Assembly (NCBI GenBank): GCA_963745075.1
Contig: CAVUWV010000028.1
Location: 64,001 to 128,000, forward strand
Length of the DNA stretch: 64,000 nucleotides
From: Candidatus Hydrogenedentota bacterium
GTDB lineage: Bacteria > Hydrogenedentota > Hydrogenedentia > Hydrogenedentales > SLHB01
Direction: 5' to 3'
The position numbers and the translations under genes were made by a program. The notes beneath the pieces were generated by a model, which was not told the origin of the DNA, did no database searches, and saw only the letters and a program-made list of their open reading frames with translations. This document shows positions 1 through 11,270 of this stretch, piece by piece. Within the stretch, counting starts at the first letter, position 1. Each line of letters opens with the position of its first letter.

Positions 1-158
1 AGATGGCGTGCGGGGACGGGGCCTGTCTCGGTTGTGTGGTGGAATCCACGCGGGTTGTCGAAGGCGAGAAGATGGTACGGGTCTGTTTGGACGGTCCGGT
101 CTTCGACACGACCATTATCGACTGGGAAGCCCACAATAGAGCGTACGACGTGTTCTGA
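1..158 (+). CDS. pyrK: Dihydroorotate dehydrogenase electron transfer subunit, C-terminal fragment (truncated by window start)
   Basis: Frame from position 3 reads MACGDGACLGCVV...RVCLDGPVFD, the 2Fe-2S motif of PyrK; TGA at 156-158. Confidence 0.85.
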   Translation, partial: MACGDGACLGCVVESTRVVEGEKMVRVCLDGPVFDTTIIDWEAHNRAYDVF

Positions 159-179
159 GCGGTTGGAGCGACTCCTTTC

Positions 180-209
180 GAGTACGCGTACGAGATCGAG
201 TACGAGTAC
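180..209. repeat. Degenerate hexamer tandem repeat (GAGTAC)x5
   Basis: gagtac gcgtac gagatc gagtac gagtac between convergent genes. Confidence 0.6.
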
Positions 210-239
210 ATATAAGGATGTTAGGATATCGGACCGTAG

Positions 240-1175
240 CTAGTATTCCGCCAGAGCGAAGGTATCGCCCACCTGCGCCCCGTTGGGGGCGGTGAACTGG
301 TAGGACCCTTCCATTGCGCGCACGTAAGGTCGCGTGTCCCCCGGAGCAACGGTCGTGACGCCGTCACCCTCGTAGTAGTTGCCGCCAATAGAGCCGACAA
401 CCTGGCCGTTTAGCGTGACCAACCCTGCCTGGAATTGATACTGGGTTTGTGTGACCTCCGCAATACGAACCGCCGGTACGCGCACGGGGAAGTTCAGGGC
501 TTCCAGACGGTCGTTGAGCCACGTGACGATGGAGTAGTTGAGGTCGTCGTTCATCCATTCGAATGCGCCGGGGACTTTGAAGGGAACGACGGCGACCAAC
601 CGGTCGTTTTCGTCGAAGGTGCCGGTAATGGTCGCGCCCCCGGAATCTCGCCAACGCAGCGTGTACCAGCCCTGGGGAACGAACTCGACGGTGTCATCGG
701 GAGTCCCTTCCCCACCCATGACGGCATCGACTTCATCGAGGGTTTGCCCGATGGCCACGGCGTATAACTTGTCCTCGAATGTTTCGGGAGGGGCGTCGAG
801 GTCCGAATCGGGGGCCGTCCCGTCCGACTCCACCGGCGCTTCTGGCGCGGGCGTTTCGGGGGCGATCATGCCCTGCGTGGGATTGGCCACTTGTGTGGGC
901 GGCGGCGGTGAAGGCGGCAGAAGGTTTCGCTCGGCCGGCGGAGCCGCGGCACTCGGCGTGTGAGTGGCCGGCGCGGCGGAATGCGAGGGCGTCGTGTCAG
1001 CGCTCGCGGAGGGAGCAGGCGCCGAGGCCGGTTGCCGTTGCGCGATGGTTTGGGGCGGGGCGGGCAGTCTGTCCGCGGTCGGAGGCGTCGAAAACATGGT
1101 CCACCCATAGACCCCCGCGACGGCGACAATAACGACGGCGAGTGTGACGCCGACAATCGTCAGGAAAGTTTTCAT
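240..1175 (-). CDS. Membrane-anchored Pro/Ala-rich hypothetical protein with a possible BLIP/BamE-like domain
   Basis: N-terminal TM helix, long Pro-rich linker, then IGQTLDEVDAVMG...W-type segment; GAGG upstream of ATG. Confidence 0.65.
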   Translation of the reverse strand: MKTFLTIVGVTLAVVIVAVAGVYGWTMFSTPPTADRLPAPPQTIAQRQPASAPAPSASADTTPSHSAAPATHTPSAAAPPAERNLLPPSPPPPTQVANPTQGMIAPETPAPEAPVESDGTAPDSDLDAPPETFEDKLYAVAIGQTLDEVDAVMGGEGTPDDTVEFVPQGWYTLRWRDSGGATITGTFDENDRLVAVVPFKVPGAFEWMNDDLNYSIVTWLNDRLEALNFPVRVPAVRIAEVTQTQYQFQAGLVTLNGQVVGSIGGNYYEGDGVTTVAPGDTRPYVRAMEGSYQFTAPNGAQVGDTFALAEY

Positions 1176-1306
1176 GCGGCACCTCTCACAGGAAGAATGA
1201 CGTAGTTCGCAAATCCCCGGTTCGTGCTAACTATGTGGCGTCGTTTGCGCGAAAAGTCAAGAACCCGGATCGAGAATTCGCACTTTGCGGTATCGCCACG
1301 CAGGTC

Positions 1307-1789
1307 TCAAAGGGCCTTGATCGCGGCCAGGACTTCGTCCGCATGTCCGTCCGGCTTCACCTTAGGCCAGACTTGGGCGATCATGCCGGCTTGGTCGACG
1401 AGGAAGGTGGCGCGCTGAACGCCCCAGTATTTCCTGCCGTACATGTTTTTTTCGACCCACACCCCGTATTTTTCGGCGACTTCGTGCTTCTCGTCCGCCA
1501 GCAGGGCGAACTGGAGCCCGTACTTGTCGGCAAACTTGCAGTGGGATTCGACGCCATCCGGGCTGATTCCGACGATTTCGGCGCCGGCCTTGGCAAACTT
1601 TGCAAGTGCGGATTGGAATCCTTTCGCTTCGACGGTGCACCCGGGGGTGTCGTCCTTGGGGTAGAAGTACACGACCACGGGCTTGCCTTTGAAATCGGCG
1701 AGCTTGACCTTCTTGCCGGTGGCCGAATTCAAGTCGATAGCGGGCGCCTTCTTGCCCACCGGGACCAAGGCACTTTCCTTTTTCGGCAT
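1307..1789 (-). CDS. bcp: Peroxiredoxin Bcp/PrxQ
   Basis: YFYPKDDTPGCTVEA peroxidatic Cys motif; AGGAG upstream of ATG at 1789. Confidence 0.92.
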   Translation of the reverse strand: MPKKESALVPVGKKAPAIDLNSATGKKVKLADFKGKPVVVYFYPKDDTPGCTVEAKGFQSALAKFAKAGAEIVGISPDGVESHCKFADKYGLQFALLADEKHEVAEKYGVWVEKNMYGRKYWGVQRATFLVDQAGMIAQVWPKVKPDGHADEVLAAIKAL

Positions 1790-1833
1790 GGAATTCTCCT
1801 TATGCGTCCAAGGCAATCCTCATCGTTTCAAGG

Positions 1834-2394
1834 TTACTCGCGCCGGTTCCGAATGGCGTCCCGCAGTTCCGGTAACGAGGGCAGCGCTTCCTGGGTTCCG
1901 TAGAAATGCCCTTCAATCCAAGCGCATACCGCTTCCACCACATCTTCGCGCCACCGTTCGGCCGGCCGCGCGAGTTCGTCGCGCAGGTATTGGACATCGC
2001 GGAGCAGGCATTTTCGTTTCTCACCGTCGAGGGAGGAGAAGTCGGCCTCGGCCACCAGACGTTCCATCAGGATCGGCACATGGGCCATGGCCTCTTCCAA
2101 CTCGCTCAGGGTGGGCGGGAAACGCAGATTGAACTCGAACCGGTCTTCGACGAGGTCGATGCCGTCGGCGGTGATGCGTGCGGCGGCGAAGAGGGGCGGA
2201 TTATACCCCACCATCAGCTCGACCAGCCCGCGGTCAGCGAGGTAGTGAATATTGGCCACAAGATCTTTGCGGAGAACCGTCTCGTCTTCGAGAAGATCTT
2301 CTGGCGTAAGCATTTCGAGGGGATCCACCAAATAGCGGTCGTAAAGGATGGTCATAATCCGGCGACGGACTGATTTTGGGTTTTCCAACGGCAT
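1834..2394 (-). CDS. Hypothetical protein with probable winged-helix N-terminal domain
   Basis: NIHYLADRGLVEL...ARITADGIDLVE wHTH-like pattern; start placed at MPLENPK (uncertain). Confidence 0.6.
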   Translation of the reverse strand: MPLENPKSVRRRIMTILYDRYLVDPLEMLTPEDLLEDETVLRKDLVANIHYLADRGLVELMVGYNPPLFAAARITADGIDLVEDRFEFNLRFPPTLSELEEAMAHVPILMERLVAEADFSSLDGEKRKCLLRDVQYLRDELARPAERWREDVVEAVCAWIEGHFYGTQEALPSLPELRDAIRNRRE

Positions 2395-2597
2395 GAATTG
2401 AAGTATAGCAGGCAGACGGCAAGCAACGGAAGCGATGCGAGGCACTCGGGGGCCGGCGGACTGTCCCGTAGGGTGGCCTAGCTTCGGAATAGGCCTGAAA
2501 CGAAGGGTGTTAGAAAACATTGAAAATATGATAAGTTTTATGCACAATAGGTGTGAAAATCGACTAGCGAGTCCACATTGCGTGGCCGTGTAGATGG

Positions 2598-2626
2598 TTG
2601 ACAGTCGTTGAGACGGATGCTACCAT
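2598..2626 (+). promoter_or_regulatory. Sigma70-type promoter for the cysK-met operon
   Basis: TTGACA-N17-TACCAT with extended -10 TG. Confidence 0.6.
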
Positions 2627-2724
2627 CTGGCGAACCATCCCCACGCAAGGCATTGGGTCTTGGAGTGCATCGAAAGCCGGTGCCCGGCCGACCTTTACGC
2701 CGTCATTCTGGAGGGAGTTCTACC

Positions 2725-4972
<2,248 letters not shown>

Positions 4973-4982
4973 GCGGTATCCT

Positions 4983-5022
4983 ATCCGGCGCGTGGCTCTC
5001 GCGGGGGTACGCGCCGGATTTT
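4983..5022 (+). terminator. Stem-loop between metY and metX (weak terminator or mRNA stabiliser)
   Basis: ATCCGGCGCGT...ACGCGCCGGAT followed by a short T run. Confidence 0.5.
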
Positions 5023-5044
5023 CGTGTCACCGGGGAACAGTGTT

Positions 5045-6268
5045 ATGTCAGAAGAAGGGTCCGTCGGGATCGTCCAGACGCAGTTTTACACCTTTGCCGA
5101 GCCGCCCAACGAACTCGAGTTGGACTGCGGGCGGAAGCTCGGTCCGATCACGCTGGCGTACGAGACCTATGGGTCTCTGAACGCGGACCGTTCGAACGCG
5201 GTGCTGATCGTCCACGCCTTATCGGGGGACGCTCACGCGGCGGGCCTGCATTCCCCGACCGACCGGAAACCCGGCTGGTGGGACAACATGATCGGCCCGG
5301 GCAAGGGCTTCGATACCGACAAGTATTTCATCATCTGCTCGAACGTCGTGGGCGGATGCCAGGGTTCGACGGGACCGTCCTCCATCAATCCGAAGACTGG
5401 GAAGCCCTACGGTCTAAGCTTTCCCATCATCACGATTGGCGACATGGTGCGCGCGCAACGGCAACTGGTGGAGCATTTGGGCATTTCCAAGCTGCTCAGT
5501 GTCGCAGGCGGCTCCATGGGCGGCATGCAGACCATGGAATGGATGACGCGCTTTCCCGAGATGCTCCAGTCGGCCATCGTGATTGCGTCCACCCCGCTGT
5601 TGAGCGCGCAAGGCATCGCCTTTGACGCGGTGGGCCGTCATGCCATTCAAGCGGATCCGACGTTTCATGAAGGCGACTACTACCAGACCGGCGAACATCC
5701 GACGCAGGGACTGTCGATTGCACGGATGCTGGCGCATATTACGTATCTCTCGGATGAGTCCATGCGGATCAAGTTCGGGCGAGCCTTGCGCAGCACGGAT
5801 GAGTACAGCTACGACTTCAGCAGCGAGTTCTCCGTCGAGACGTATCTGGATTATCAGGGCGAACAGTTTGTCAACCGGTTCGACGCGAACAGTTATCTCT
5901 ATATCACCAAAGCGATCAATTACTTCGACGTGGCCGCGCCGTACGGGTCGCTGGACAACGCGATGGCGCGGGTTCGCAGCAAGGTGATGGTGTTGTCCTA
6001 CTCGTCGGATTGGCTCTATCCGCCCTATCAGTCGCAGGAGATTGTCAACGCGTTGACGCGGCAGCGGAAGGACGTGACCTACTGCAACATCCAGTCGGAT
6101 TACGGTCACGACGCGTTTCTGCTGGAGGTCAATGTGATGAAGAAGATCATCGGCGGGTTCCTGCAGAACGTGCGGATGGAGGATGCAAAGACGCGTAGTA
6201 TCGCCCATGAAGTTGACTCGGAGGCGGAATATGGACCGCCTTCCAGCGCGACGTTCGAGCATCTATGA
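5045..6268 (+). CDS. metX: Homoserine O-acetyltransferase
   Basis: HALSGDAH, GGCQGSTGPSS, GGSMGGM nucleophile elbow, RFDANSY, YGHDAFLLE. Confidence 0.93.
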   Translation: MSEEGSVGIVQTQFYTFAEPPNELELDCGRKLGPITLAYETYGSLNADRSNAVLIVHALSGDAHAAGLHSPTDRKPGWWDNMIGPGKGFDTDKYFIICSNVVGGCQGSTGPSSINPKTGKPYGLSFPIITIGDMVRAQRQLVEHLGISKLLSVAGGSMGGMQTMEWMTRFPEMLQSAIVIASTPLLSAQGIAFDAVGRHAIQADPTFHEGDYYQTGEHPTQGLSIARMLAHITYLSDESMRIKFGRALRSTDEYSYDFSSEFSVETYLDYQGEQFVNRFDANSYLYITKAINYFDVAAPYGSLDNAMARVRSKVMVLSYSSDWLYPPYQSQEIVNALTRQRKDVTYCNIQSDYGHDAFLLEVNVMKKIIGGFLQNVRMEDAKTRSIAHEVDSEAEYGPPSSATFEHL

Positions 6269-6863
6269 AGGCCACCGCGTCGACTACGAGATGATCGTGG
6301 ATCTCGTCGATGAAGAAAGCCGCGTGCTGGATATCGGGTGCGGGGACGGCGAACTGTTGGACCAATTGATCGAGCGTAAAGGTGTGGACGGGGCGGGCAT
6401 CGAATTGGCCCAGGGCAACATCGTGAGTTGCATTCGCCGCGGGATCGAGGTCGTGCAGGCGGATATCGACAAGGGACTGACGACCCTGCCGGATCAGAGC
6501 TACGATTACGTCATCCTGAGCATGACCTTGCAGGTAATCCGGAAGCCGGACTACGTGCTGCAGGAGATGCTGCGTGTGGGCAAGAAGGGCATCGTGAGCT
6601 TTCCCAATTTTGGATTCTGGAAGGTGCGGGCCAAGACGCTGGCCATGGGGCGCGCGCCGGTTACGCGCAATTTGCCATACGCGTGGTGGGTCAGCCCGAA
6701 CCGGCACGTGTTGTCGATCAAAGACTTTCGCGAGTACTGCGCGGAACGCAACCTTCGCATCGAGCGCGAGCTGCCGCTGAATCGAAAGGGGTTGGTGTGG
6801 ACCGCCCGGATGTGGCCGAATATGCTGGCGGATGAAGCGGTGTTCGTGATTTCAAAGCGGTAA
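6231..6863 (+). CDS. metW: Methionine biosynthesis protein MetW (SAM-dependent methyltransferase fold); possibly fused to MetX
   Basis: [23 protein letters not shown]; overlaps the end of metX; GGAGG upstream of ATG at 6231. Confidence 0.88.
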   Translation: MDRLPARRSSIYEGHRVDYEMIVDLVDEESRVLDIGCGDGELLDQLIERKGVDGAGIELAQGNIVSCIRRGIEVVQADIDKGLTTLPDQSYDYVILSMTLQVIRKPDYVLQEMLRVGKKGIVSFPNFGFWKVRAKTLAMGRAPVTRNLPYAWWVSPNRHVLSIKDFREYCAERNLRIERELPLNRKGLVWTARMWPNMLADEAVFVISKR

Positions 6864-6885
6864 TGAACGGAGAGGGAGCGGGGAT

Positions 6886-7776
6886 ATGAAGGGGATTATT
6901 CTGGCGGGCGGTTCGGGGACGCGGCTGCATCCGCTTACGTTGGCGGTCAGCAAACAGCTCATGCCGATTTTCGACAAGCCCATGATCTACTACCCCCTTT
7001 CGACCTTGCTCATGACCGGGATTCGCGAGATTTTGATAATCTCGACGCCCCATGACTTGCCCCTATTCCGAAATCTGCTGGGGGACGGGAGCCGTCTCGG
7101 GTGTTCGCTCGAATACGCCGTGCAGGAAACTCCCAACGGGCTGGCGCAGGCCTTCGTGATTGGGGAGACCTTTCTCGGGAACGACAAGGTCGCGTTGGTT
7201 CTCGGGGACAATATTTTCTACGGCACCGGGCTTCATCAGATCCTTCAGAGTCACAACGAACCCGACGGGGGCGTGGTCTTTGCCTATCACGTGTCCGATC
7301 CGGAGCGGTACGGCGTGGTCGAATTCGACGAGGAAAACCGAGCGATCTCGATCGAGGAAAAGCCGAAGAAGGCGAAGTCCAATTTCGCGGTGCCGGGACT
7401 GTATTTCTACGACAACCACGTCGTCGAGATTGCGAAGAACCTGAAACCGAGTCCGCGGGGTGAGTACGAAATCACCGACGTGAACAAGGAATACCTGCGC
7501 GAGGGCAAACTCCAGGTGGCCATCCTCGACCGCGGAACCGCGTGGCTGGATACCGGGACCTTCGAGTCGCTCATGCAGGCCGGCCAGTTCGTGCAGGTTA
7601 TCGAAGAGCGGCAGGGGCTCAAGATCGGGTGCATAGAGGAATCGGCCTTCCGGATGGGTTACATCTCGGAGGAAGAACTTCGCGCATTGGCGGAGCCCCT
7701 CCGGAAGAGCGGGTACGGGGATTATCTGATTAGTTTGTTGGATGACGACCTGCCGAAGACGCGAACGACAAGTTGA
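6886..7776 (+). CDS. rfbA: Glucose-1-phosphate thymidylyltransferase
   Basis: [40 protein letters not shown]. Confidence 0.95.
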   Translation: MKGIILAGGSGTRLHPLTLAVSKQLMPIFDKPMIYYPLSTLLMTGIREILIISTPHDLPLFRNLLGDGSRLGCSLEYAVQETPNGLAQAFVIGETFLGNDKVALVLGDNIFYGTGLHQILQSHNEPDGGVVFAYHVSDPERYGVVEFDEENRAISIEEKPKKAKSNFAVPGLYFYDNHVVEIAKNLKPSPRGEYEITDVNKEYLREGKLQVAILDRGTAWLDTGTFESLMQAGQFVQVIEERQGLKIGCIEESAFRMGYISEEELRALAEPLRKSGYGDYLISLLDDDLPKTRTTS

Positions 7777-7802
7777 AAAACTGACGTAAATAACCGTATA
7801 CT
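7773..7802 (+). promoter_or_regulatory. Sigma70-type promoter upstream of the tRNA-Leu gene
   Basis: TTGAAA-N18-TATACT ending 13 nt before the tRNA 5' end. Confidence 0.55.
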
Positions 7803-7815
7803 CGGGTGTTTCTGA

Positions 7816-7903
7816 GCGCGAGTGGTGGAATTTGGCAGACACGCTAGACTAAGGATCTAGTTCCCGAAAGGGATTGGGGGTTCGAGTCCCCCCTCGCGCA
7901 CCA
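7816..7903 (+). tRNA. tRNA-Leu, anticodon AAG (7851-7853)
   Basis: Acceptor stem GCGCGAG/CTCGCGC, discriminator A and encoded CCA; anticodon arm CTAGA-CTAAGGA-TCTAG; long variable arm TCCC-GAAA-GGGA; T arm GGGGG-TTCGAGT-CCCCC. Confidence 0.93.
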
Positions 7904-7914
7904 CAGTCTAATCG

Positions 7915-7948
7915 AAGGCGGCTCTCGTTTCGAGGGTCGTCTTTTTTT
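7915..7948 (+). terminator. Intrinsic terminator after the tRNA
   Basis: GGCGGCTCTCG-TTT-CGAGGGTCGTC hairpin followed by T7. Confidence 0.7.
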
Positions 7949-7974
7949 ATGCAACGCAGCGGAGCAAGGTAACT

Positions 7975-8364
7975 ATGAAGCGTGAAAATATTTCGTCGGG
8001 GTCGAAGTGGGAGCCGGTGATCGGGTACTCGCGGGCCGTCCGCATTGGATCCATGGTGTACGTTTCCGGCACGACCGGCGGTGGCCCGGACGGTAAGCTG
8101 GTCGGCGCAGGCGATCCCTATGCCCAGACCGTGCAGACCTTGAAGAACATCGAAACCGCGTTAAGCCGGGCGGGCGCGAAATTGAGCGACGTGGTCCGGA
8201 CGCGTATGTACCTCGCCCACATCGAGCAGTGGGAAGACGTAGGCCGGGCCCACGGGGAATTCTTCGGCGATGTGCTTCCGGCGACGACGATGGTCGAGGT
8301 GAGCAAGCTGATCGACCCGGACATGCTGGTGGAGATCGAAGCGGAGGCGTACGTCGGAGAGTGA
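7975..8364 (+). CDS. RidA/YjgF/Rid family protein
   Basis: [27 protein letters not shown]. Confidence 0.88.
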   Translation: MKRENISSGSKWEPVIGYSRAVRIGSMVYVSGTTGGGPDGKLVGAGDPYAQTVQTLKNIETALSRAGAKLSDVVRTRMYLAHIEQWEDVGRAHGEFFGDVLPATTMVEVSKLIDPDMLVEIEAEAYVGE

Positions 8365-8401
8365 CGATTTTGGACTGCGGATTGGCGGAGCGAGGGTTCG
8401 C

Positions 8402-9334
8402 TCACGGATTGCGGATTTCGACTTGATCGGTCAGGACGCCGACTTCTTCCTTGATAAAGTGGCCGATGTCCCAGGACATGGCGTTGGCGGTACCGGCGGC
8501 GCAGCCGAGGATGGCCATGTCGCGGAGGGGCAAATCTTCGAGGAGGCCGATGGCGAAACCGGAGACCAAGGCGTCGCCGCTGCCGACGGGGTTGATTTCC
8601 TTAATCGCAGGCGGCACAACGTGAAAGCGCTCCCCCGCACGGGAGACGAGGGCGCCGTCTCTCCCGAGGGATAACACGACCAGCGTCACGCCCTTTTCGT
8701 GGAAGAAATCGATGGCCTTCCAGCGCGTTTCGGGCGTGTCCAGTGTGTAACCGACCAGTTCCTCCGTTTCCGCGACGTTGGGTTTCACCATGTGAGGAAC
8801 CGATTCCAGGCCGAGGGCAAACTCGGGGCCGTGGGAGTCCAGGATGGTTCTTGCGCCACGCTCTTTTGCAATGAGGATGAGATCGCGGTAGAGGGTCTCG
8901 ATGGCGGGATCGGATACGGTACCGTTGAAGGTAACGACCTTGGCGCCCTCAACGGTCTTGCGGAAGGTTTCGATAATTCCCTGGTACTCCGCTTCGGTAA
9001 CCTTCGAACCGGGTTCGAAGAAGGCGGTCTGACGATGGATGGATTCTTCGAGCACGGTGGTGATGGTGCGGGTTTGGGAAGCCACCCAGGCGGGAGCGCA
9101 TTCCACGCCGTCCTGCTGCTCGATCATATCCACGACGTGCGCACCGGGATGTCCGCCGGCCACGACCATCGCGCGGGTTTTACGTCCGAGCGCCTTGACC
9201 GCGCGCGAGACGTTGGTGCCTTTGCCGCCAGGAATGCAGGTGCAGCGTTGCGACCGCATGAAGGTGCCGACTTTCAGCGTGTCGATGAAGACCGTCTTGT
9301 CGACGCAGGGGTTTGGGGTTACGGTAAGGATCAT
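8402..9334 (-). CDS. 1-phosphofructokinase-family (PfkB) hexose kinase
   Basis: MILTVTPNPCVD, GGKGTNVSR, KPNVAE, NPVGSGDA. Confidence 0.9.
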   Translation of the reverse strand: MILTVTPNPCVDKTVFIDTLKVGTFMRSQRCTCIPGGKGTNVSRAVKALGRKTRAMVVAGGHPGAHVVDMIEQQDGVECAPAWVASQTRTITTVLEESIHRQTAFFEPGSKVTEAEYQGIIETFRKTVEGAKVVTFNGTVSDPAIETLYRDLILIAKERGARTILDSHGPEFALGLESVPHMVKPNVAETEELVGYTLDTPETRWKAIDFFHEKGVTLVVLSLGRDGALVSRAGERFHVVPPAIKEINPVGSGDALVSGFAIGLLEDLPLRDMAILGCAAGTANAMSWDIGHFIKEEVGVLTDQVEIRNP

Positions 9335-9356
9335 GCCGGGCTCCCCGCACGAAGAA

Positions 9357-9524
9357 ACATCCCCCTCGGCCCTGTGGGCCTGCCCCCTTCAAAGGGGGAG
9401 TCGCGGTCGCTTCGCTTCGCGGTTGGGTGCACCCGAAGTTGGGGAATTGAGCGAATACCGTGGCGCAACGCCCATACCTGCGGTGTGCAAGACTCCCCCT
9501 TTGAAGGGGGATCAAGGGGGATGT
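9357..9524. repeat. REP-doublet/MITE-like element, copy 1 (inverted relative to copies 3 and 4)
   Basis: Ends ACATCCCCC...CCCCCTTCAAAGGGGGA and TCCCCCTTTGAAGGGGGATCAAGGGGGATGT, shared with three other loci. Confidence 0.85.
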
Positions 9525-9586
9525 AAATCTTGCTTCCATGCATCACGTGCACGCACCTCACACTACTTTAACGCGCGTGAAACCCC

Positions 9587-10366
9587 TCACCACTTTTTGC
9601 GGACGGGGACTCCGGCCGTGTCGAGTTCTTCCTTGATTTGGGCGATGGTGTAGTCGCCGGTATGGGTCATGCTCGCGACGATGGCCGCGTCGGCGTGGGC
9701 TTTGACGAAGACGTCGATGAGGTGCTGCGGCGTGCCGGCGCCGCCCGACGCGACAACAGGAATGCCCACGTTGATCGCGATGAGCTTGGTAAGCGTCAGT
9801 TCGAAGCCGTCACGCGTGCCGTCCGCGTCAACCGAGTTGACGACGATCTCCCCCACGCCCAGATCTTCGGCACGTTTAGCCCACTCCAGCGCATCCATGC
9901 CGGTATGTTCACGGAATCCACGCGTGGTGATTTCGTAGCCGCTGGGGAACTTGCTCTTGTCGTCGGCACGGACAGGGTCCATGCCGAGAACAATGCATTG
10001 CGATCCGAAAATGCGTGCGCCTTCGCCGATGATCTTCGGATTCTTGACGGCAAGCGAGTTGACAGACACCTTTTCCGCGCCCGCGAGCAGCACTTTGTAC
10101 ATGTCATCGAGGTTTTCGATGCCGCCGCCGACGGCGAATGGGATGTGGACCACCTTCCCCACTTCCTCGACCATGCCGATGTCGATGGGCCGACGTTCGG
10201 CCGAGGCGGTAATGTCGTAGAAGACGAGTTCGTCCGCGCCGCCGTCGCTGTAGCGCACGGCCATTTCGATGGGATCGCCGAGATCGATGTTGTTTTGAAA
10301 CTTTACACCCTTGGTGACGATGCGGTTGCGCACGTCGAGGCAGGGCACGATACGTTTGGTCAGCAT
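9587..10366 (-). CDS. hisF: Imidazole glycerol phosphate synthase cyclase subunit
   Basis: MLTKRIVPCLDV, GADELVFYDITAS, DADGTRDGF, PVVASGGAG. Confidence 0.95.
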   Translation of the reverse strand: MLTKRIVPCLDVRNRIVTKGVKFQNNIDLGDPIEMAVRYSDGGADELVFYDITASAERRPIDIGMVEEVGKVVHIPFAVGGGIENLDDMYKVLLAGAEKVSVNSLAVKNPKIIGEGARIFGSQCIVLGMDPVRADDKSKFPSGYEITTRGFREHTGMDALEWAKRAEDLGVGEIVVNSVDADGTRDGFELTLTKLIAINVGIPVVASGGAGTPQHLIDVFVKAHADAAIVASMTHTGDYTIAQIKEELDTAGVPVRKKW

Positions 10367-10983
10367 GATCCGTCCCATTCCGTAAAATTCTTGAGCAACT
10401 GCATTCCGATGCGGCCGGAGCGTTCCGGGTGGAACTGCGTCGCAAAGAGGTTATCCTTGCATACCGCGGCGGCGAAGGTCACGTCTGCGTACTCTGTCTC
10501 GCCAGTAACGTGCGCGGCTTCCGCCGGCGACGGGTAGTAGCTGTGGATGAAGTAGAACTCGCTGTCGTCTTCGACGTCTTTGAACAGGGGGTGCGCCCGT
10601 TTGAACCGCATGGTGTTCCATCCCATCTGCGGGATTTTGCACAGCGGGTCCTTCGGCTTGAACCGGTGTACATTGCCCGGGATGAGGCCCATGCAATTAA
10701 CGCCGCCGTCTTCGTCGGAGTGATCGAAGATGACCTGGGTACCGAGGCAGATGCCGAGGACGGGCTTGCCCTGATCCACCGCGTTCCTCAATGGCTCGAC
10801 CAGGCCAAGTTCGTTCACGTGCTCCATGGCCGAAGCTGCCGCGCCGTCGCCGGGAAAAATAACGCGGTCGGCCTTGGCAATGGCCGCCGGATCGCGGGTA
10901 ATAGCGCATTCCACGCCGAGATGTTCAAGGGCAAGCCGTACGCTCGTGAGATTGCCCGCTTTGTAATCTACGATGGCTATCAC
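10360..10983 (-). CDS. hisH: Imidazole glycerol phosphate synthase glutaminase subunit
   Basis: IAIVDYKAGNL, LGICLG, YFIHSY, TQFHPE; GTG start with AAAGGA upstream; overlaps hisF start. Confidence 0.93.
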   Translation of the reverse strand: MIAIVDYKAGNLTSVRLALEHLGVECAITRDPAAIAKADRVIFPGDGAAASAMEHVNELGLVEPLRNAVDQGKPVLGICLGTQVIFDHSDEDGGVNCMGLIPGNVHRFKPKDPLCKIPQMGWNTMRFKRAHPLFKDVEDDSEFYFIHSYYPSPAEAAHVTGETEYADVTFAAAVCKDNLFATQFHPERSGRIGMQLLKNFTEWDGSC

Positions 10984-11051
10984 TTCTGGTCCTTTCGCCG
11001 AAACTATAGACTCATCACGTGCCAACTCGAACCAGGACAACTGAAGCCTTA

Positions 11052-11208
11052 ACATCCCCCTTGATCCCCCTTCAAAGGGGGAATAATGCGACTCCAAAGC
11101 GTAGGTCTACTGAGAGCTAGATTGTTGCGGTCAAATACATCATTGATCCGACCGCGCCGCAAAGCGGCGTGCTGAATTCCCCCTTTGAAGGGGGATCAAG
11201 GGGGATGT
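11052..11208. repeat. REP-doublet/MITE-like element, copy 2
   Basis: Terminal inverted repeats ACATCCCCCTTGATCCCCCTTCAAAGGGGGAAT / ATTCCCCCTTTGAAGGGGGATCAAGGGGGATGT. Confidence 0.88.
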
Positions 11209-11270
11209 TCCTCCCGCTCGCAGTGTCCCCGTGCTGTATCCGTGTCTACGTTGGCTCGTTCTCAGTCGAT

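Noticed and set aside
2630..2724. SAM riboswitch in the cysK-met leader
   Set aside because: The SAM-I core elements (ATC..GAG, GAGGGA, GCAACC) are not present in order
7903..8400. Genomic island integrated at the tRNA-Leu 3' end
   Set aside because: No integrase or duplicated tRNA 3' end was seen, and downstream genes are ordinary
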